64,000 nucleotides of DNA from a virus (Duplodnaviria > Caudoviricetes). The stretch's first letter is position 1, and every line of letters starts with the position of its first letter. The DNA lies in IMG/VR virus record IMGVR_UViG_3300027776_000009. One strand, written 5' to 3'. Below the pieces are notes generated by a model. That model was not told the origin of the DNA, did no database searches, and was given only the letters and a program-made list of their open reading frames with translations. The position numbers and the translations under genes are program-made. This document shows, one piece after another, positions 1 to 9,818 of the stretch.

Positions 1-1577
1 TGGTTGATGAGAATCACCAACCGAGCCAAACGATCTCCGAGGCTAATCGGATCCTGATGCGGGTGCAAACGGATGCGCCCTAGCATGTCCAGTTCAATAC
101 CTGGGTAACGTTTCAATAAGGTCTCTGGCATAGTGCAAACCCAAGGAACCTCATTAAGGAGACCAACCTGCCGTTGGATCTGGACTACCGCGGGATTTCC
201 TTTTGCTCCTCCCTCAGGTAGTGTGTATGGGTAAAGTTTTTGGAGCTGTTCCATGTAGCGTGACGTAATCTTCGCCAACCCCATGGTGTCGGTCATGACG
301 CCGTCTTCCATTTCCATAGGCGCTGCTGTTACGATGGCTGCCAGAAGAGGAAGTTCCCAGTGTAACAACAGCGCTTGAGTAACCCCCATGCAGTTAAGCA
401 GTGCGCCATGGCGTTTGGTAATATAGTCCATGGCCTGAATTGGCAGCCCTTTCCCGCGGCGGCCGGAACACAAAACCCAAGACATCAACTGCATCTGGGC
501 TTCTTCAATCGGACGTATATCCTGTTGATGAGCGTGACCCACACACAGCAACACCAGCTCTTCCGGGATATCTGGATCCATGTCGCGAGCCATGACGACA
601 GGGCTTTCCGCATAAACACCAAACCCCGCTCGATCACCAGCCGGGAGGTCTTCGGCTTTGTTGTAAGCTTCCAGCCGCGATTGATCCTGCATGGGGTCGT
701 CTTCCCCCTTTTGCGGGTTCTTCTCCTTGACCCCGCCAAACTTCTTATCCAACTCCCGGAGCGTGTAGAAGATGAAAGAGTAAATGTTGCTGATAATCGA
801 ACCACGGGTGTCGCCAGCATCGACTTCACCGAGAGCCATACGGCGAACCATTACCAACCCCAGTATCCAGTCAGGGAGATCGGCGCTGGATAATCCATCC
901 AGAATAGCTGCTGCCATCTTGTCGTCCCACGAGGGAGATGACCCAATGGTGGCTTCAATGTAGCGACGCAGACGCAGCACGGGTTCGGAGGTAATCATGG
1001 AGGTCTGTGACAGCAACCCCATGGCGCGGTACTCCTTATACGTGGTTTTGGTTTCCTTCTGGATCAAGGAGAGAAACCATCCCCAAATAGGTACCATCGG
1101 TCGGAGCGCGATGGTTAGTACCACCAACCCGCGATAATCAGACTTCAGATACGTCTTGTCAGGAACCGTGTCCTCTGCATCCAACTCATCCTTCAGTGTA
1201 TCCGGATGCCGGATTTGACCGTGGAGCTCAACCCAGCGCTCTAGTTCTGCGAGCGGCATTTGCTCATACAGCTCTTTGATAATAGGAGCACACACCTCAA
1301 TGAGTTGCCCTAAGGTTGAACGTGTCGCCACCCCACCGCGCAATGCATCTGGCGTAGATGAGATATCTTGAAACACGACCCAAATCTGGCGATATGCTTC
1401 CCAGATTTTCAATCGGCGCTCCAAGGGGAGCCACGCCCAGTACTGGTTGATTTTTCCGAACGCGTCCACCACGGTTCGTAAATTGGTTTTCTCGAAAATA
1501 ACGATTGGCCAAGGGAGCGACTCATTCCCGTTTTCGTTAGTCAGATAGACATAACGCCCTTCTTGATACAGCATCAT
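1..1577 (-). CDS. Non-virion RNA polymerase subunit, phiKZ gp68-like (sigma-like specificity subunit); 3' end runs off the window
   Basis: Missing from the ORF track because it lacks a stop in the window. ATG at 1577 follows a GGAGAG RBS. Segments I translated read MMLYQEGRY...KINQYWAWLPLERRLKIWEAY...TYLKSDYRGLVVLTIALRPMVPIWG...DRLARLVILIN, about 525 codons. It follows the SbcD/gp66/gp67-like genes as in phiKZ-like phages. Confidence 0.75.
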   Translation of the reverse strand, partial: MMLYQEGRYVYLTNENGNESLPWPIVIFEKTNLRTVVDAFGKINQYWAWLPLERRLKIWEAYRQIWVVFQDISSTPDALRGGVATRSTLGQLIEVCAPIIKELYEQMPLAELERWVELHGQIRHPDTLKDELDAEDTVPDKTYLKSDYRGLVVLTIALRPMVPIWGWFLSLIQKETKTTYKEYRAMGLLSQTSMITSEPVLRLRRYIEATIGSSPSWDDKMAAAILDGLSSADLPDWILGLVMVRRMALGEVDAGDTRGSIISNIYSFIFYTLRELDKKFGGVKEKNPQKGEDDPMQDQSRLEAYNKAEDLPAGDRAGFGVYAESPVVMARDMDPDIPEELVLLCVGHAHQQDIRPIEEAQMQLMSWVLCSGRRGKGLPIQAMDYITKRHGALLNCMGVTQALLLHWELPLLAAIVTAAPMEMEDGVMTDTMGLAKITSRYMEQLQKLYPYTLPEGGAKGNPAVVQIQRQVGLLNEVPWVCTMPETLLKRYPGIELDMLGRIRLHPHQDPISLGDRLARLVILIN

Positions 1578-1653
1578 GGTGTTTCTCTCCAGACCCATTG
1601 ACACTTAGGTAGTACGTATGCGTAGTGAATTGTAGTGCCATAAAGCACTATAG

Positions 1654-1679
1654 GTGCAGGGCGTCGAAACGCCCTGCAC
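1654..1679 (-). terminator. Stem-loop with UUCG loop after the 230-aa gene
   Basis: Minus strand reads GTGCAGGGCGT-TTCG-ACGCCCTGCAC, directly after the stop at 1688. Confidence 0.7.
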
Positions 1680-1687
1680 AGTCCTTA

Positions 1688-2380
1688 CTAAAAAGGCAAG
1701 TCATCGTCAAAATCGGAACTTCCGCCGGAAGTCTCGTTATCGTTACCACCGCGGCTGAAGCTGTTGCTGCTGCGATTATTACCCCCGCCCTTACTGGGGT
1801 CCATGGTCTTGTGCACGTAGTGCTGCGATGCAACCACTGGCATCAGTTGACGAAGGGTGTGCACCCACGCCAGTGCTGCACTGTTGGATTGTTCAGCGGC
1901 TGTGATTTCCCCACCCCGGCGGGTGATGCTGTGATACATCCGGGATCCGAAATGGAAGATAACCTTGGGGCGGCTCTTGTCGTAGTGCAGAATAGCGATG
2001 AAGACACGGCCTTCCTTATCGCGTCCCACAATAGTGGTTGTTTCCAGAATGGCTTCCTTGACACGCCCGCCTTGCTCACGACTCCAAGGCTTGTTCTTGT
2101 TCTCCATGGTGTAGCTACACTCATCCGGTGTATGCACCACCTTTTCGATGAGCCCCAAGGTCTCCATGAAAGCGGGCATGTCCAGCCCTGCTTTGATGCG
2201 ACCATAATCCTTGTCGTTGGGGAAGTTTGTTCTCACCAGCAGAAAGGGATGATTACTGGCGTAGCCGGGTTCCAGCGAGGGAGCTTGGTTGGCACCGGGA
2301 AGAGGGGGTGCGTACAACTTCAGCTTGGGGTCATTGATGGCGGTTTTGAGGGCTTGTTGCTGCTGATTTCGGTCATTCAT
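1688..2380 (-). CDS. Conserved chimallivirus protein (phiKZ gp67-like); SSB-like acidic C-terminal tail
   Basis: Synteny. Gly/Ser/Asn-rich linker ending in DFDDDLPF, resembling the bacterial SSB C-terminal tip. Confidence 0.65.
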   Translation of the reverse strand: MNDRNQQQQALKTAINDPKLKLYAPPLPGANQAPSLEPGYASNHPFLLVRTNFPNDKDYGRIKAGLDMPAFMETLGLIEKVVHTPDECSYTMENKNKPWSREQGGRVKEAILETTTIVGRDKEGRVFIAILHYDKSRPKVIFHFGSRMYHSITRRGGEITAAEQSNSAALAWVHTLRQLMPVVASQHYVHKTMDPSKGGGNNRSSNSFSRGGNDNETSGGSSDFDDDLPF

Positions 2381-2431
2381 GATGGGTCTCCAGGTACACA
2401 GAGGATGTGTTTATCTGTAAAAACTTACGCC

Positions 2432-3286
2432 TCAGAACAGTGGCCGGATGGTGGCTAACAGTGCAGGTTCATTAGCGAGCTTAACACTCTGGATAATGCG
2501 ATCTTTGGTGGTGAACGCATTCCAGCGGTATTGTTCTGCAATCTTGAGAATAACATCCCGATAGGGTTTCTGGAAGGGGGCAAAAACCCCGCAGGTGTCT
2601 CCAAAGACTTGCAGTGACATCTTGTTAAACGGGATACGTGATAACTCCTTCCCGCTTTGTAGTTTGGTGTTCCACTGATGGTTCTTCTTAACAGCTCCGG
2701 TGTGGGATTCAAGAAGAACCAGTGTCCCGAAGTTTTTAGCCATCACCAGATCCACGGGGAAGTTTGTCAACATCGCACATCGCTTGACGTGCATCTGTAC
2801 AGAAACATCGTAGACTGTTACCTCCTGCTCAGTCTTGTTCTTTAACACCGTTTCAATGGCTTCCTTTTCCAAGGCGGCATAGAAAAGCTGCCGATCAGTA
2901 CGAGGCTCTTTAAGACGGGCATTAGGGAAATCTCGTCTTAACGACATGTGCGAGCAAACGTAGAAGAAGGTTTTGATTTTCCCAATAGAGAGTTGATCAA
3001 TGGTTTCTTTCAGGATAGTCATCTCTTCCATAAGCGCTAATCCATAACTGTGACCATTGACTTGCGTTGCTCCTTCTGCTTCAACAGAACCCTGCATATT
3101 TCGGAACAGGGTGCGGAGATTGATCCAGACTTCATCGACTTCATAAGCGGGTACTGGATCAGTAGATTTGGGCACCCCCTCAGGGGTTTCCAGGATACCA
3201 AACAGCCCCTCAATAGCAAGACTGGTCGGTATGGAGACGGGTATTTTTCCAGTCTCACGACGCTCCAGTATTACAGCGTCATTCAT
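2432..3286 (-). CDS. Conserved chimallivirus protein (phiKZ gp66-like), probable 5'-3' nuclease/PIN-like fold
   Basis: INLRTLFRN, LLESHTG and FGD motifs; lies directly after SbcD. Confidence 0.6.
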   Translation of the reverse strand: MNDAVILERRETGKIPVSIPTSLAIEGLFGILETPEGVPKSTDPVPAYEVDEVWINLRTLFRNMQGSVEAEGATQVNGHSYGLALMEEMTILKETIDQLSIGKIKTFFYVCSHMSLRRDFPNARLKEPRTDRQLFYAALEKEAIETVLKNKTEQEVTVYDVSVQMHVKRCAMLTNFPVDLVMAKNFGTLVLLESHTGAVKKNHQWNTKLQSGKELSRIPFNKMSLQVFGDTCGVFAPFQKPYRDVILKIAEQYRWNAFTTKDRIIQSVKLANEPALLATIRPLF

Positions 3287-4439
3287 GGAGAACCTCCGTT
3301 AACAGATCCCCGCATCGCTCAACCAGATGGGGGTGCTTATGACGAATGCGATCGAGCAATAACGTCCCGATATTATCGGGTTTAATCGTCAGGCGCTGGA
3401 TTTCATGTCGGTTGTCCACCAGTATAATGGCGTCGGTATTATTTTTCCCCGTTTCGCGAATGGACCAGTGGTAATTGGGGTATTCCAACTCTAAGCGAGA
3501 GGTTAGCGTAATCGCGGGGTCCTGTTTCCTACATGACACTCGGACGTGAGAATCTTTGGGAAGGTTTCGCAAAGCGCGCTGTATCTTAGCCAGAGCTTCT
3601 TCTTGATCCAGTTTCTCACACGCGACTGTGATATACTTCTTAGCACCTCGGTTCTCCACGAAGGTAATGATATCGTCATAAACCTCGTGGCGCTGTACTC
3701 GCAAATGTCCCTTAGGTCCTTCCTCGCCATGGCTTAACCGCTGAGTAGACCCAGCGGACAATATGCGCTGGTACTGTGAATACAGATGCACATGCCCTAC
3801 GAAAATGTACGAACGGCATATAGAGAGATACCGGTCCGCGTTGTGGAGTTGGAGCTTCCCGTGTGTGTGCTTGGGCATCTGGTGTTCGAAAGCGCCATGC
3901 ATTACCACATAGTCAACTTTGTCCAGATTCTTGGCGGCCAGCGTTTGAACAACTTCGTCCCAGACCGCGTCAGTGGTGGAGCGATATTCGTCAGGGATAT
4001 AGAGCACATCAATACCAAATCGATCAATGTGCTCAATTTCCATAGCGCTAAAGTAACGGACATCGCACCCTATCTTCGCGTGTTCATTGAGCTTGATAAA
4101 ACGCTCAGACTGTTTCCAGTCATGTGAAGGAGTCCCTTCCAAAACACGCACGACGACGTCCAGCTTCTTACACAGCCGTAAGAAATACAGGATCCATTCT
4201 TCCACCAGTCGGACGGGGTCGGACGATAGGTAGAGTTGTCGATCGAAAAAATCTCCGGCGATGAAGACAATATCGACTTTAGCAAAATCCTCCGTGTTAC
4301 TGAAGATCTGGTAGAGCGTAGCTAAAACTTCCGGAGTGGTTGTCTTGGGGTGTCCTATATGGACATCGCTCAGTTCCAGAATATCCAGAACCCCCGGGGT
4401 CTTACCGGAGCTCGGCGCCGAAGATATCATCGAACTCAT
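3279..4439 (-). CDS. sbcD: SbcD/Mre11-like metallophosphoesterase nuclease (phiKZ gp65-like)
   Basis: Phosphoesterase motifs DVH, AGDFFD, GTPSHD, MHG, GHVH. Start probably 4439 or 4430 rather than 4532. Confidence 0.85.
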   Translation of the reverse strand: MSSMISSAPSSGKTPGVLDILELSDVHIGHPKTTTPEVLATLYQIFSNTEDFAKVDIVFIAGDFFDRQLYLSSDPVRLVEEWILYFLRLCKKLDVVVRVLEGTPSHDWKQSERFIKLNEHAKIGCDVRYFSAMEIEHIDRFGIDVLYIPDEYRSTTDAVWDEVVQTLAAKNLDKVDYVVMHGAFEHQMPKHTHGKLQLHNADRYLSICRSYIFVGHVHLYSQYQRILSAGSTQRLSHGEEGPKGHLRVQRHEVYDDIITFVENRGAKKYITVACEKLDQEEALAKIQRALRNLPKDSHVRVSCRKQDPAITLTSRLELEYPNYHWSIRETGKNNTDAIILVDNRHEIQRLTIKPDNIGTLLLDRIRHKHPHLVERCGDLLTEVLHE

Positions 4440-4941
4440 CTCGCTTGGGAGGTGCTTTGACAACGGATACATCACCGGGATCCGCTGCTTTGTCACCAGG
4501 TATCGGGATGGTGGGTTTCCCATAACGCGCAAAGATGGTGTTCCACATCTTCACGCTCTTCCAGTCCGGGTCAACGCTCTTGACTTGGTCTGTCAGATAG
4601 CGCTGGATATGGAGCTCGCCCAACATGGGCATGCTAGCTGCCTTTTGCTCAGCCAATTGCATTTGCTGCATGACGCCCACTTTGTTGAGCTGCTCCAGAT
4701 ACGAGTCTGAATCATACAGCAGCGGAGGGACTGTGAAAACCAGCGTTCCGGAGTTGTCATAAACCTCTACTTCACGGAACGCAGATCCAGTCACACGAAT
4801 CCATTCTTCAAAAGTGGCTTCCGTGGGTTCACCGGTAAAGAGGGGGAGATAACGGGTTCGGAAAAGCGCTTCCGGGAGACGATTCAGAGGAGCGTTGAGA
4901 ATCTCATCGCAGGCGCTGAGTACTTCAGTGGAGTTTGGCAT
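4402..4941 (-). CDS. Conserved chimallivirus core hypothetical protein
   Basis: W..V.G...V.V.D..G..F.VPPL and W..IF.RYG pattern; lies between beta-prime and SbcD. Confidence 0.6.
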   Translation of the reverse strand: MPNSTEVLSACDEILNAPLNRLPEALFRTRYLPLFTGEPTEATFEEWIRVTGSAFREVEVYDNSGTLVFTVPPLLYDSDSYLEQLNKVGVMQQMQLAEQKAASMPMLGELHIQRYLTDQVKSVDPDWKSVKMWNTIFARYGKPTIPIPGDKAADPGDVSVVKAPPKRDEFDDIFGAELR

Positions 4942-5191
4942 GATTCACCTGTTCTACGAAGCGGACATGTATCTTAAAGAAATCTTCCTTGTGAGTCCAC
5001 GATGACAATATGCCGTCAATGAACTCACAAAGATCGTCTCTCACCGGCGGTGATAAGGTACCGTCCAAATATTCTTCGTGGTAGTATTCGGTCCTGAGAC
5101 CGTGGTCAGTGTTGCGAATCCATACTTGGAGATCCCCTACGAAGTGTGTATCGAAGGGGTCCAATTGGAGATAGGTTGTAACGTGAGGCAT
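4925..5191 (-). CDS. Hypothetical protein
   Basis: 88 aa ORF with GGAGG RBS, overlapping its neighbour in the operon. Confidence 0.55.
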   Translation of the reverse strand: MPHVTTYLQLDPFDTHFVGDLQVWIRNTDHGLRTEYYHEEYLDGTLSPPVRDDLCEFIDGILSSWTHKEDFFKIHVRFVEQVNHAKLH

Positions 5192-5194
5192 TGC

Positions 5195-5605
5195 TTACCT
5201 CCGCTCAAAGGTCTTGATGCGCTCGATACGTGAATTGGAGATAGTGATCAGTTTACCCAAGCTTTCTTGAACACCGTCCTGGGTCACTAAGACATTGATC
5301 TGGATATTGTACCGAACAGGAGACATTCCAAGATCCGCTTGAGGCTCACCGATACTGACGCTGACGCTGACTTCATCAAAATGCCCCGAGTACAATTGGT
5401 TCAGTGCGTCTTCAATCGAGGCACTCATGGTGTTAAAATCCCCCATGTGGCGCTGAATGAAGTACGTCAAAGACTTAACAGCCCCCGGGAATAATTCGGT
5501 CTGTGAATAATTACTGGTCAGGAAATTGGTTAAGAGCTCAGTGGCTTTTTCACCTATCCCGGCCAGGTATCCGCGTGAGTCCAGAGTGGGTACGACGGCA
5601 GCCAT
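5195..5605 (-). CDS. Conserved chimallivirus protein (possibly virion/baseplate)
   Basis: Start MAAVVPTL after GAGG; VPTL..G, SNYSQT pattern; synteny. Confidence 0.55.
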   Translation of the reverse strand: MAAVVPTLDSRGYLAGIGEKATELLTNFLTSNYSQTELFPGAVKSLTYFIQRHMGDFNTMSASIEDALNQLYSGHFDEVSVSVSIGEPQADLGMSPVRYNIQINVLVTQDGVQESLGKLITISNSRIERIKTFERR

Positions 5606-5672
5606 AAGTGACCTCAATGTGTAAAAAATAATGAACAGGACTGAGGCGGGGAGTTCCCGCCTCATATGCTGA

Positions 5673-6281
5673 TTACAGCGAACTGTTCCATCGTGAGGTG
5701 GGGTCTTCCTTGCGACGCATCAGATGAATACGCATTTGCTCCCAGGTGCGAAGAATGTCGACCTGATCCAGGAACTCCAACTCTCCGGTTCCCGGCAGCA
5801 GGTCTTCATAGTAGGTTGTAGCTACCCATTCCCCCTCTTCCTCCATAAAGACACCATTTACCACACGACGGTAGTCATAATGATCCTCACCCACCTTACC
5901 CGGTTGGTTATCAGTGTAGGATTCAGAATAACCGTCTACTTGTTGCTGATGATACATCCGGCGAACTGTGGGTTCCGCCATCAACATGGCAATCATACTA
6001 CTAGGCGCATGTTGAACTTCCCCAATCGTTCTGAGATACCGGATTTGATCCGGCATAAAGACATTCTCCGTATATCGCAATGCTGCACGAATCACGCGGG
6101 CAGCTCGGGACTCGTCATAGGGACGATAGACATCACGCTCGATGATCTCACGGAAACGTCTTCCACCATCACGCAGTTTGTGCGTAATGTTGTCAACGTC
6201 GCGAGTCAGATACTCCACCGTTCGGTGATGCTTACGTCCGTAGAGTTCCGCGTCAAAGGCATCAGCCGCAGACACGAACAT
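5673..6281 (-). CDS. Conserved chimallivirus core protein downstream of nvRNAP beta-prime
   Basis: MAEP..R, DGYS, HYDYRRV.NG and C-terminal DPTS motifs; GGAGAG RBS. Confidence 0.65.
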   Translation of the reverse strand: MFVSAADAFDAELYGRKHHRTVEYLTRDVDNITHKLRDGGRRFREIIERDVYRPYDESRAARVIRAALRYTENVFMPDQIRYLRTIGEVQHAPSSMIAMLMAEPTVRRMYHQQQVDGYSESYTDNQPGKVGEDHYDYRRVVNGVFMEEEGEWVATTYYEDLLPGTGELEFLDQVDILRTWEQMRIHLMRRKEDPTSRWNSSL

Positions 6282-6302
6282 GTTTCTCTCCTGGGTTGTG
6301 AG

Positions 6303-7724
6303 TTAAGAATACTGATTCGGGTGGTTCAACCAGTTTGAAATCGTAGACACGGAGGGGGACGGCATCTGTAGGTACCCTGACAACTTACGCGGGGTGGCCA
6401 AATCAATGGCGTACAGGTGCGGCGATAGACGCTCCAAGCGGAAAGTCATATCCTTGTCCACGCTGAGGAGGAAATTCATTTCATCCCCATCGAAGTCGGC
6501 ATTTGGAGCTTTCAGGGCTAGCGGAGACATTGAGAATGATGGGTCTCTGACATCCGTTTTGATTTTTGGAACCCAAAGCCCCTGTGCTGATCCGCGACCC
6601 AGTGTAGGATTACGCTGAAACATACACGGGAGTCGACCATGGGTTGAGTTTTCGATCAGTCCTCGGAAAAGCTTGTCGATGGTCGCGTCGTAATTGTTGT
6701 TCGCATAGCTCAAGATCTGATAGATCTCTCGCGGCGAGACGTTCATACGCAGCAACCGATTCTTCAAGTGCAAACGCAGGACTTGGACACTCAGTCCCCA
6801 TGGCATATAAAGATCGTCGTACTTGTGGCGTTCACAAATGGAGGTGATGACTGCACGGGCAGAGAAATGGGTTCGGCCGCCGTATATGTGTTTGCGAAAC
6901 GCTCCACCTTTGCCACCCAAGGTGTCCTTGAAGAACCCCTGATAGTAATTACTCAGGGTGCGAATAGCTTTAGCAACACGGGCCTGCTTGTGGTACATGG
7001 TGGGGGGTGAAATAGTGTTGCTCGCTGATACGATCATTCGCAGTGCGTCGATTGCCTTGGTGATGGATGTGTCAAGACAGGCGCGTTTACCTGCTTTCTC
7101 CACCACAAATCCAGATCGGGACGGCATAGGGAGATGGGTGCAGAAGATGTCGTCTCGACACATCTCGATCCAGTCAAAGACGTCTAATCCATCAGGACCT
7201 GAAGGACTATAGAGTCCACATTCGCGCAACGCTGAAATGATGCGATCAAAGTTGGCATGGAAACTATTGATCCCGCGCTGGAATCCGTACTGGTCGATCA
7301 TTTGGAATCGAGGAGGAGCAGGCGTCCGTGGGTTGTAAGAGGGGTCACAGAACCAATAAATGATATCCCAGCCGTCGTATGTAAACTCGCGGCATAAAAT
7401 GTTAAACGCCACCGGATTGATGAGCGTAGTAACACCAGGAGGAGGACGAACCCACAATTGGCTTTCCAGCGGGCGCTCCAATGCTGCTTGAACCTCGGTG
7501 CCGCACTCGTGACAGAAGACGCCTTCATACTGACCACCGACAAGATGCCCTCCGTCACACGATGGAACCGTGCTAAGGCTATCTCCTTCTTGTCGCATCA
7601 TCAACAACGCATTCAGATGCTCTTGCCCTTCCTGGGTCTCAACGTCCAATTCGTTGGCAATGATGGGTGTATTCCGCAACCGGGCAAACTCCTCATCCAA
7701 GTTTACCAGTTCTTCATAGATCAT
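6303..7724 (-). CDS. Non-virion RNA polymerase beta-prime subunit (phiKZ gp55-like)
   Basis: Catalytic NADFDGD, RNPTL, RKHIYGGR..RAVI, N-terminal Zn ribbon C..C; uninterrupted ORF. Confidence 0.92.
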   Translation of the reverse strand: MIYEELVNLDEEFARLRNTPIIANELDVETQEGQEHLNALLMMRQEGDSLSTVPSCDGGHLVGGQYEGVFCHECGTEVQAALERPLESQLWVRPPPGVTTLINPVAFNILCREFTYDGWDIIYWFCDPSYNPRTPAPPRFQMIDQYGFQRGINSFHANFDRIISALRECGLYSPSGPDGLDVFDWIEMCRDDIFCTHLPMPSRSGFVVEKAGKRACLDTSITKAIDALRMIVSASNTISPPTMYHKQARVAKAIRTLSNYYQGFFKDTLGGKGGAFRKHIYGGRTHFSARAVITSICERHKYDDLYMPWGLSVQVLRLHLKNRLLRMNVSPREIYQILSYANNNYDATIDKLFRGLIENSTHGRLPCMFQRNPTLGRGSAQGLWVPKIKTDVRDPSFSMSPLALKAPNADFDGDEMNFLLSVDKDMTFRLERLSPHLYAIDLATPRKLSGYLQMPSPSVSTISNWLNHPNQYS

Positions 7725-7745
7725 ACTGCCTCCTTATCACTAAAG

Positions 7746-7776
7746 AAAAAATGGGGAGAGCCGAAGCTCTCCCCAT
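7746..7776 (-). terminator. Intrinsic terminator after chimallin
   Basis: ATGGGGAGAGC-TTCG-GCTCTCCCCAT followed by a T-tract on the minus strand. Confidence 0.8.
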
Positions 7777-7788
7777 CCGGGTCGGGGA

Positions 7789-9630
7789 TTAACGACGTCC
7801 CCAGGTGTCACGACGTCCGCTGACGGAGCTGGTATCGCGCTGGCGGCCGGTGTACAGGCTACCGAGGCGACGAGAATCCACGGCGTAATCTGCCATAGCG
7901 CCGGCACGACGACGACCAGAAGTGGCCATGTCTTGCGGCATGTCCGTCCAGGTGATGGCGTGCTCAGTGCGCTGGAAGGCTTCCTCCAGACCGACGATCA
8001 GGGCTTCGTCGAAGGTGTAGCGACGAGCGTAACCCTTGAAGACGATGTCCGGACGAACAGCCAGTTGCAGCTCTTCACGACGCGCCACGCGCAGTGCCAG
8101 ATCCGAGTTGGTCGACCAGGTCGCATCGAAATCTTCGACAGCCGCCATATCGTCGGCGCCGCAGATGTTCAGGAACGCCAGATAATTCAGGCGACGGATG
8201 TCGACGCGCTGACCTTCGCGATTGGTCATATAGCCCAGGCTGATACGCTCGAAGCGCTCACGGATCAGCGGACCCCCGTTGTAGCACTCGCTGAACGCGC
8301 CATCGGTCAGGAAGTCTGCGGCGTCAATGATGACTTGTTCAGCCTTCGTGTTCCGCTTGGCGGCGGCTTCGAAGACACCGGTCAGCATGGACAGCGGACC
8401 AATTTCATCGATATCGATCGAGAAGATCGGATCGCGGCGGATGGCAAACTCCACCATGTCGGAGAAATCCTTCATGGAGAAGCTGTTGGACGTGAAGTCC
8501 GGAACCCGCTTGGGAACATCGTCGTTGTTGGTCAAGCCCGGGCAATCGAAACCGATCGCTGAGAGATCGCGCAGGTTGTCCTGCGCGGCCACACGAGGAC
8601 GATACGCCATCGGCCAGACGTTACCCTTGGCCAAGGCCACCATGCCGTGAATACCCAACAGGATCATGCCAACAGACGGCATGCCCAGACGGGTTTCCAC
8701 ATTGGTCATGATGATTTCCGGAGTCTCGCACTGAGTCTCTTGGATTTCACCACGTCCTGCGGGGCGAGCCGGTTCGTAGATCAGGTTCATCATGGTGTCA
8801 ACCAGGACGATATCACGCTGACCTGTGACACCCATGCCGCGCTGACCATCGTTGGGAGAGGCACCCGAGATCAGAACACTGATGTCGGAAGCAATCGGGA
8901 GGCCGGCAGGGGTTTCGGGTTGCGACGGGGAGATGTTGAAGCGGCCCAGCAAACGATCGTTGGTTTGCAGTTCGCGCACCGAGAACATTTCCTGCGGTTG
9001 ACCAGCCACGCGATCGGCCACGGCTTTGATGGCGATAGCGGCGAAATACATCAGGACCTTGATCTGCTCCTTGTCGTCCGGGGACATTTCGCGACTGATG
9101 ATGTTTTGACCGGCTTCGTACACGTTACTGACCAAGTGCTGGCCGGCGGTGATGTCGTGCACGCGATTCCAATACCAGTCGTCGTACACATCGCTGGTCA
9201 CCAGACGGATCTCGACGCTGCGGCCGTTGATGGTTTCGGTACGCGGGAGCAGTTCGCCGTCGATGGAGTTTTCCACCAGCAGCGTGTGGACCACGGCGCT
9301 GTTGCTGCCGTCCTTTTCAGTGGTCTCGGCAGAAACCAAGATGGCCGAGCAGGCGGCACCGCTGGAGTTCTTGTCCAGCACTGTGAAGCGGTACTGCCCA
9401 ACTTTGTCGCCACAGGCTTCCTTGAGGGCGGTCACGATCTTGGTGATGCCTTCGCCGGCACCGCGGCGATCAAAGGGGGTCGCCATGCGTTCGGACAGGC
9501 CGGTGAATCCGCCGGGAGCGCGACGCGATTCGCTGGGGTTGTCTTGACGGCCGGCGCTGTTGTCCAGATCTTCGGTTTGGGTTTGCGGTGCAGCAGCGCG
9601 ACTGCCGCGATTTCCACGAGTGGCACTCAT
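7789..9630 (-). CDS. chmA: Chimallin, major phage-nucleus shell protein
   Basis: About 613 aa with a disordered N-terminus, immediately upstream of the gp55-like beta-prime gene. Has strong codon bias, its own promoter-like motif and a terminator. Start at 9630 after GGAGAG. Confidence 0.82.
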   Translation of the reverse strand: MSATRGNRGSRAAAPQTQTEDLDNSAGRQDNPSESRRAPGGFTGLSERMATPFDRRGAGEGITKIVTALKEACGDKVGQYRFTVLDKNSSGAACSAILVSAETTEKDGSNSAVVHTLLVENSIDGELLPRTETINGRSVEIRLVTSDVYDDWYWNRVHDITAGQHLVSNVYEAGQNIISREMSPDDKEQIKVLMYFAAIAIKAVADRVAGQPQEMFSVRELQTNDRLLGRFNISPSQPETPAGLPIASDISVLISGASPNDGQRGMGVTGQRDIVLVDTMMNLIYEPARPAGRGEIQETQCETPEIIMTNVETRLGMPSVGMILLGIHGMVALAKGNVWPMAYRPRVAAQDNLRDLSAIGFDCPGLTNNDDVPKRVPDFTSNSFSMKDFSDMVEFAIRRDPIFSIDIDEIGPLSMLTGVFEAAAKRNTKAEQVIIDAADFLTDGAFSECYNGGPLIRERFERISLGYMTNREGQRVDIRRLNYLAFLNICGADDMAAVEDFDATWSTNSDLALRVARREELQLAVRPDIVFKGYARRYTFDEALIVGLEEAFQRTEHAITWTDMPQDMATSGRRRAGAMADYAVDSRRLGSLYTGRQRDTSSVSGRRDTWGRR

Positions 9631-9669
9631 GTTTTTCTCTCCGGTTATGAATGATGACACGTCATGATC

Positions 9670-9690
9670 ATGTCACTAAAATAGTGTGTA
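9670..9690 (-). promoter_or_regulatory. Promoter-like motif upstream of chimallin
   Basis: ATGTCACTAAAATAGTGTGTA, an exact 21-nt match to 45615-45635; member of the recurrent TACAYAYYAY class. Confidence 0.6.
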
Positions 9691-9818
9691 TGTTTTTCCA
9701 TTTGGAATAGGTTTACACATACACCCAAGGTTGCGCCAGATAAATCCGGCGGAGCACTGGCTCTACATAATGTAGTATTGCTGTCATTTTTAACAGCAAG
9801 ACTCTTATGGTGCCAGAA

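Noticed and set aside
6303-7724. Possible intron or homing endonuclease in beta-prime, as in phiKZ
   Set aside because: ORF is continuous through NADFDGD, with no insertion.
7933-9654. Long + strand ORFs (209 and 335 aa) antisense to chimallin
   Set aside because: Shadow ORFs expected from strong codon bias; no RBS or motifs.
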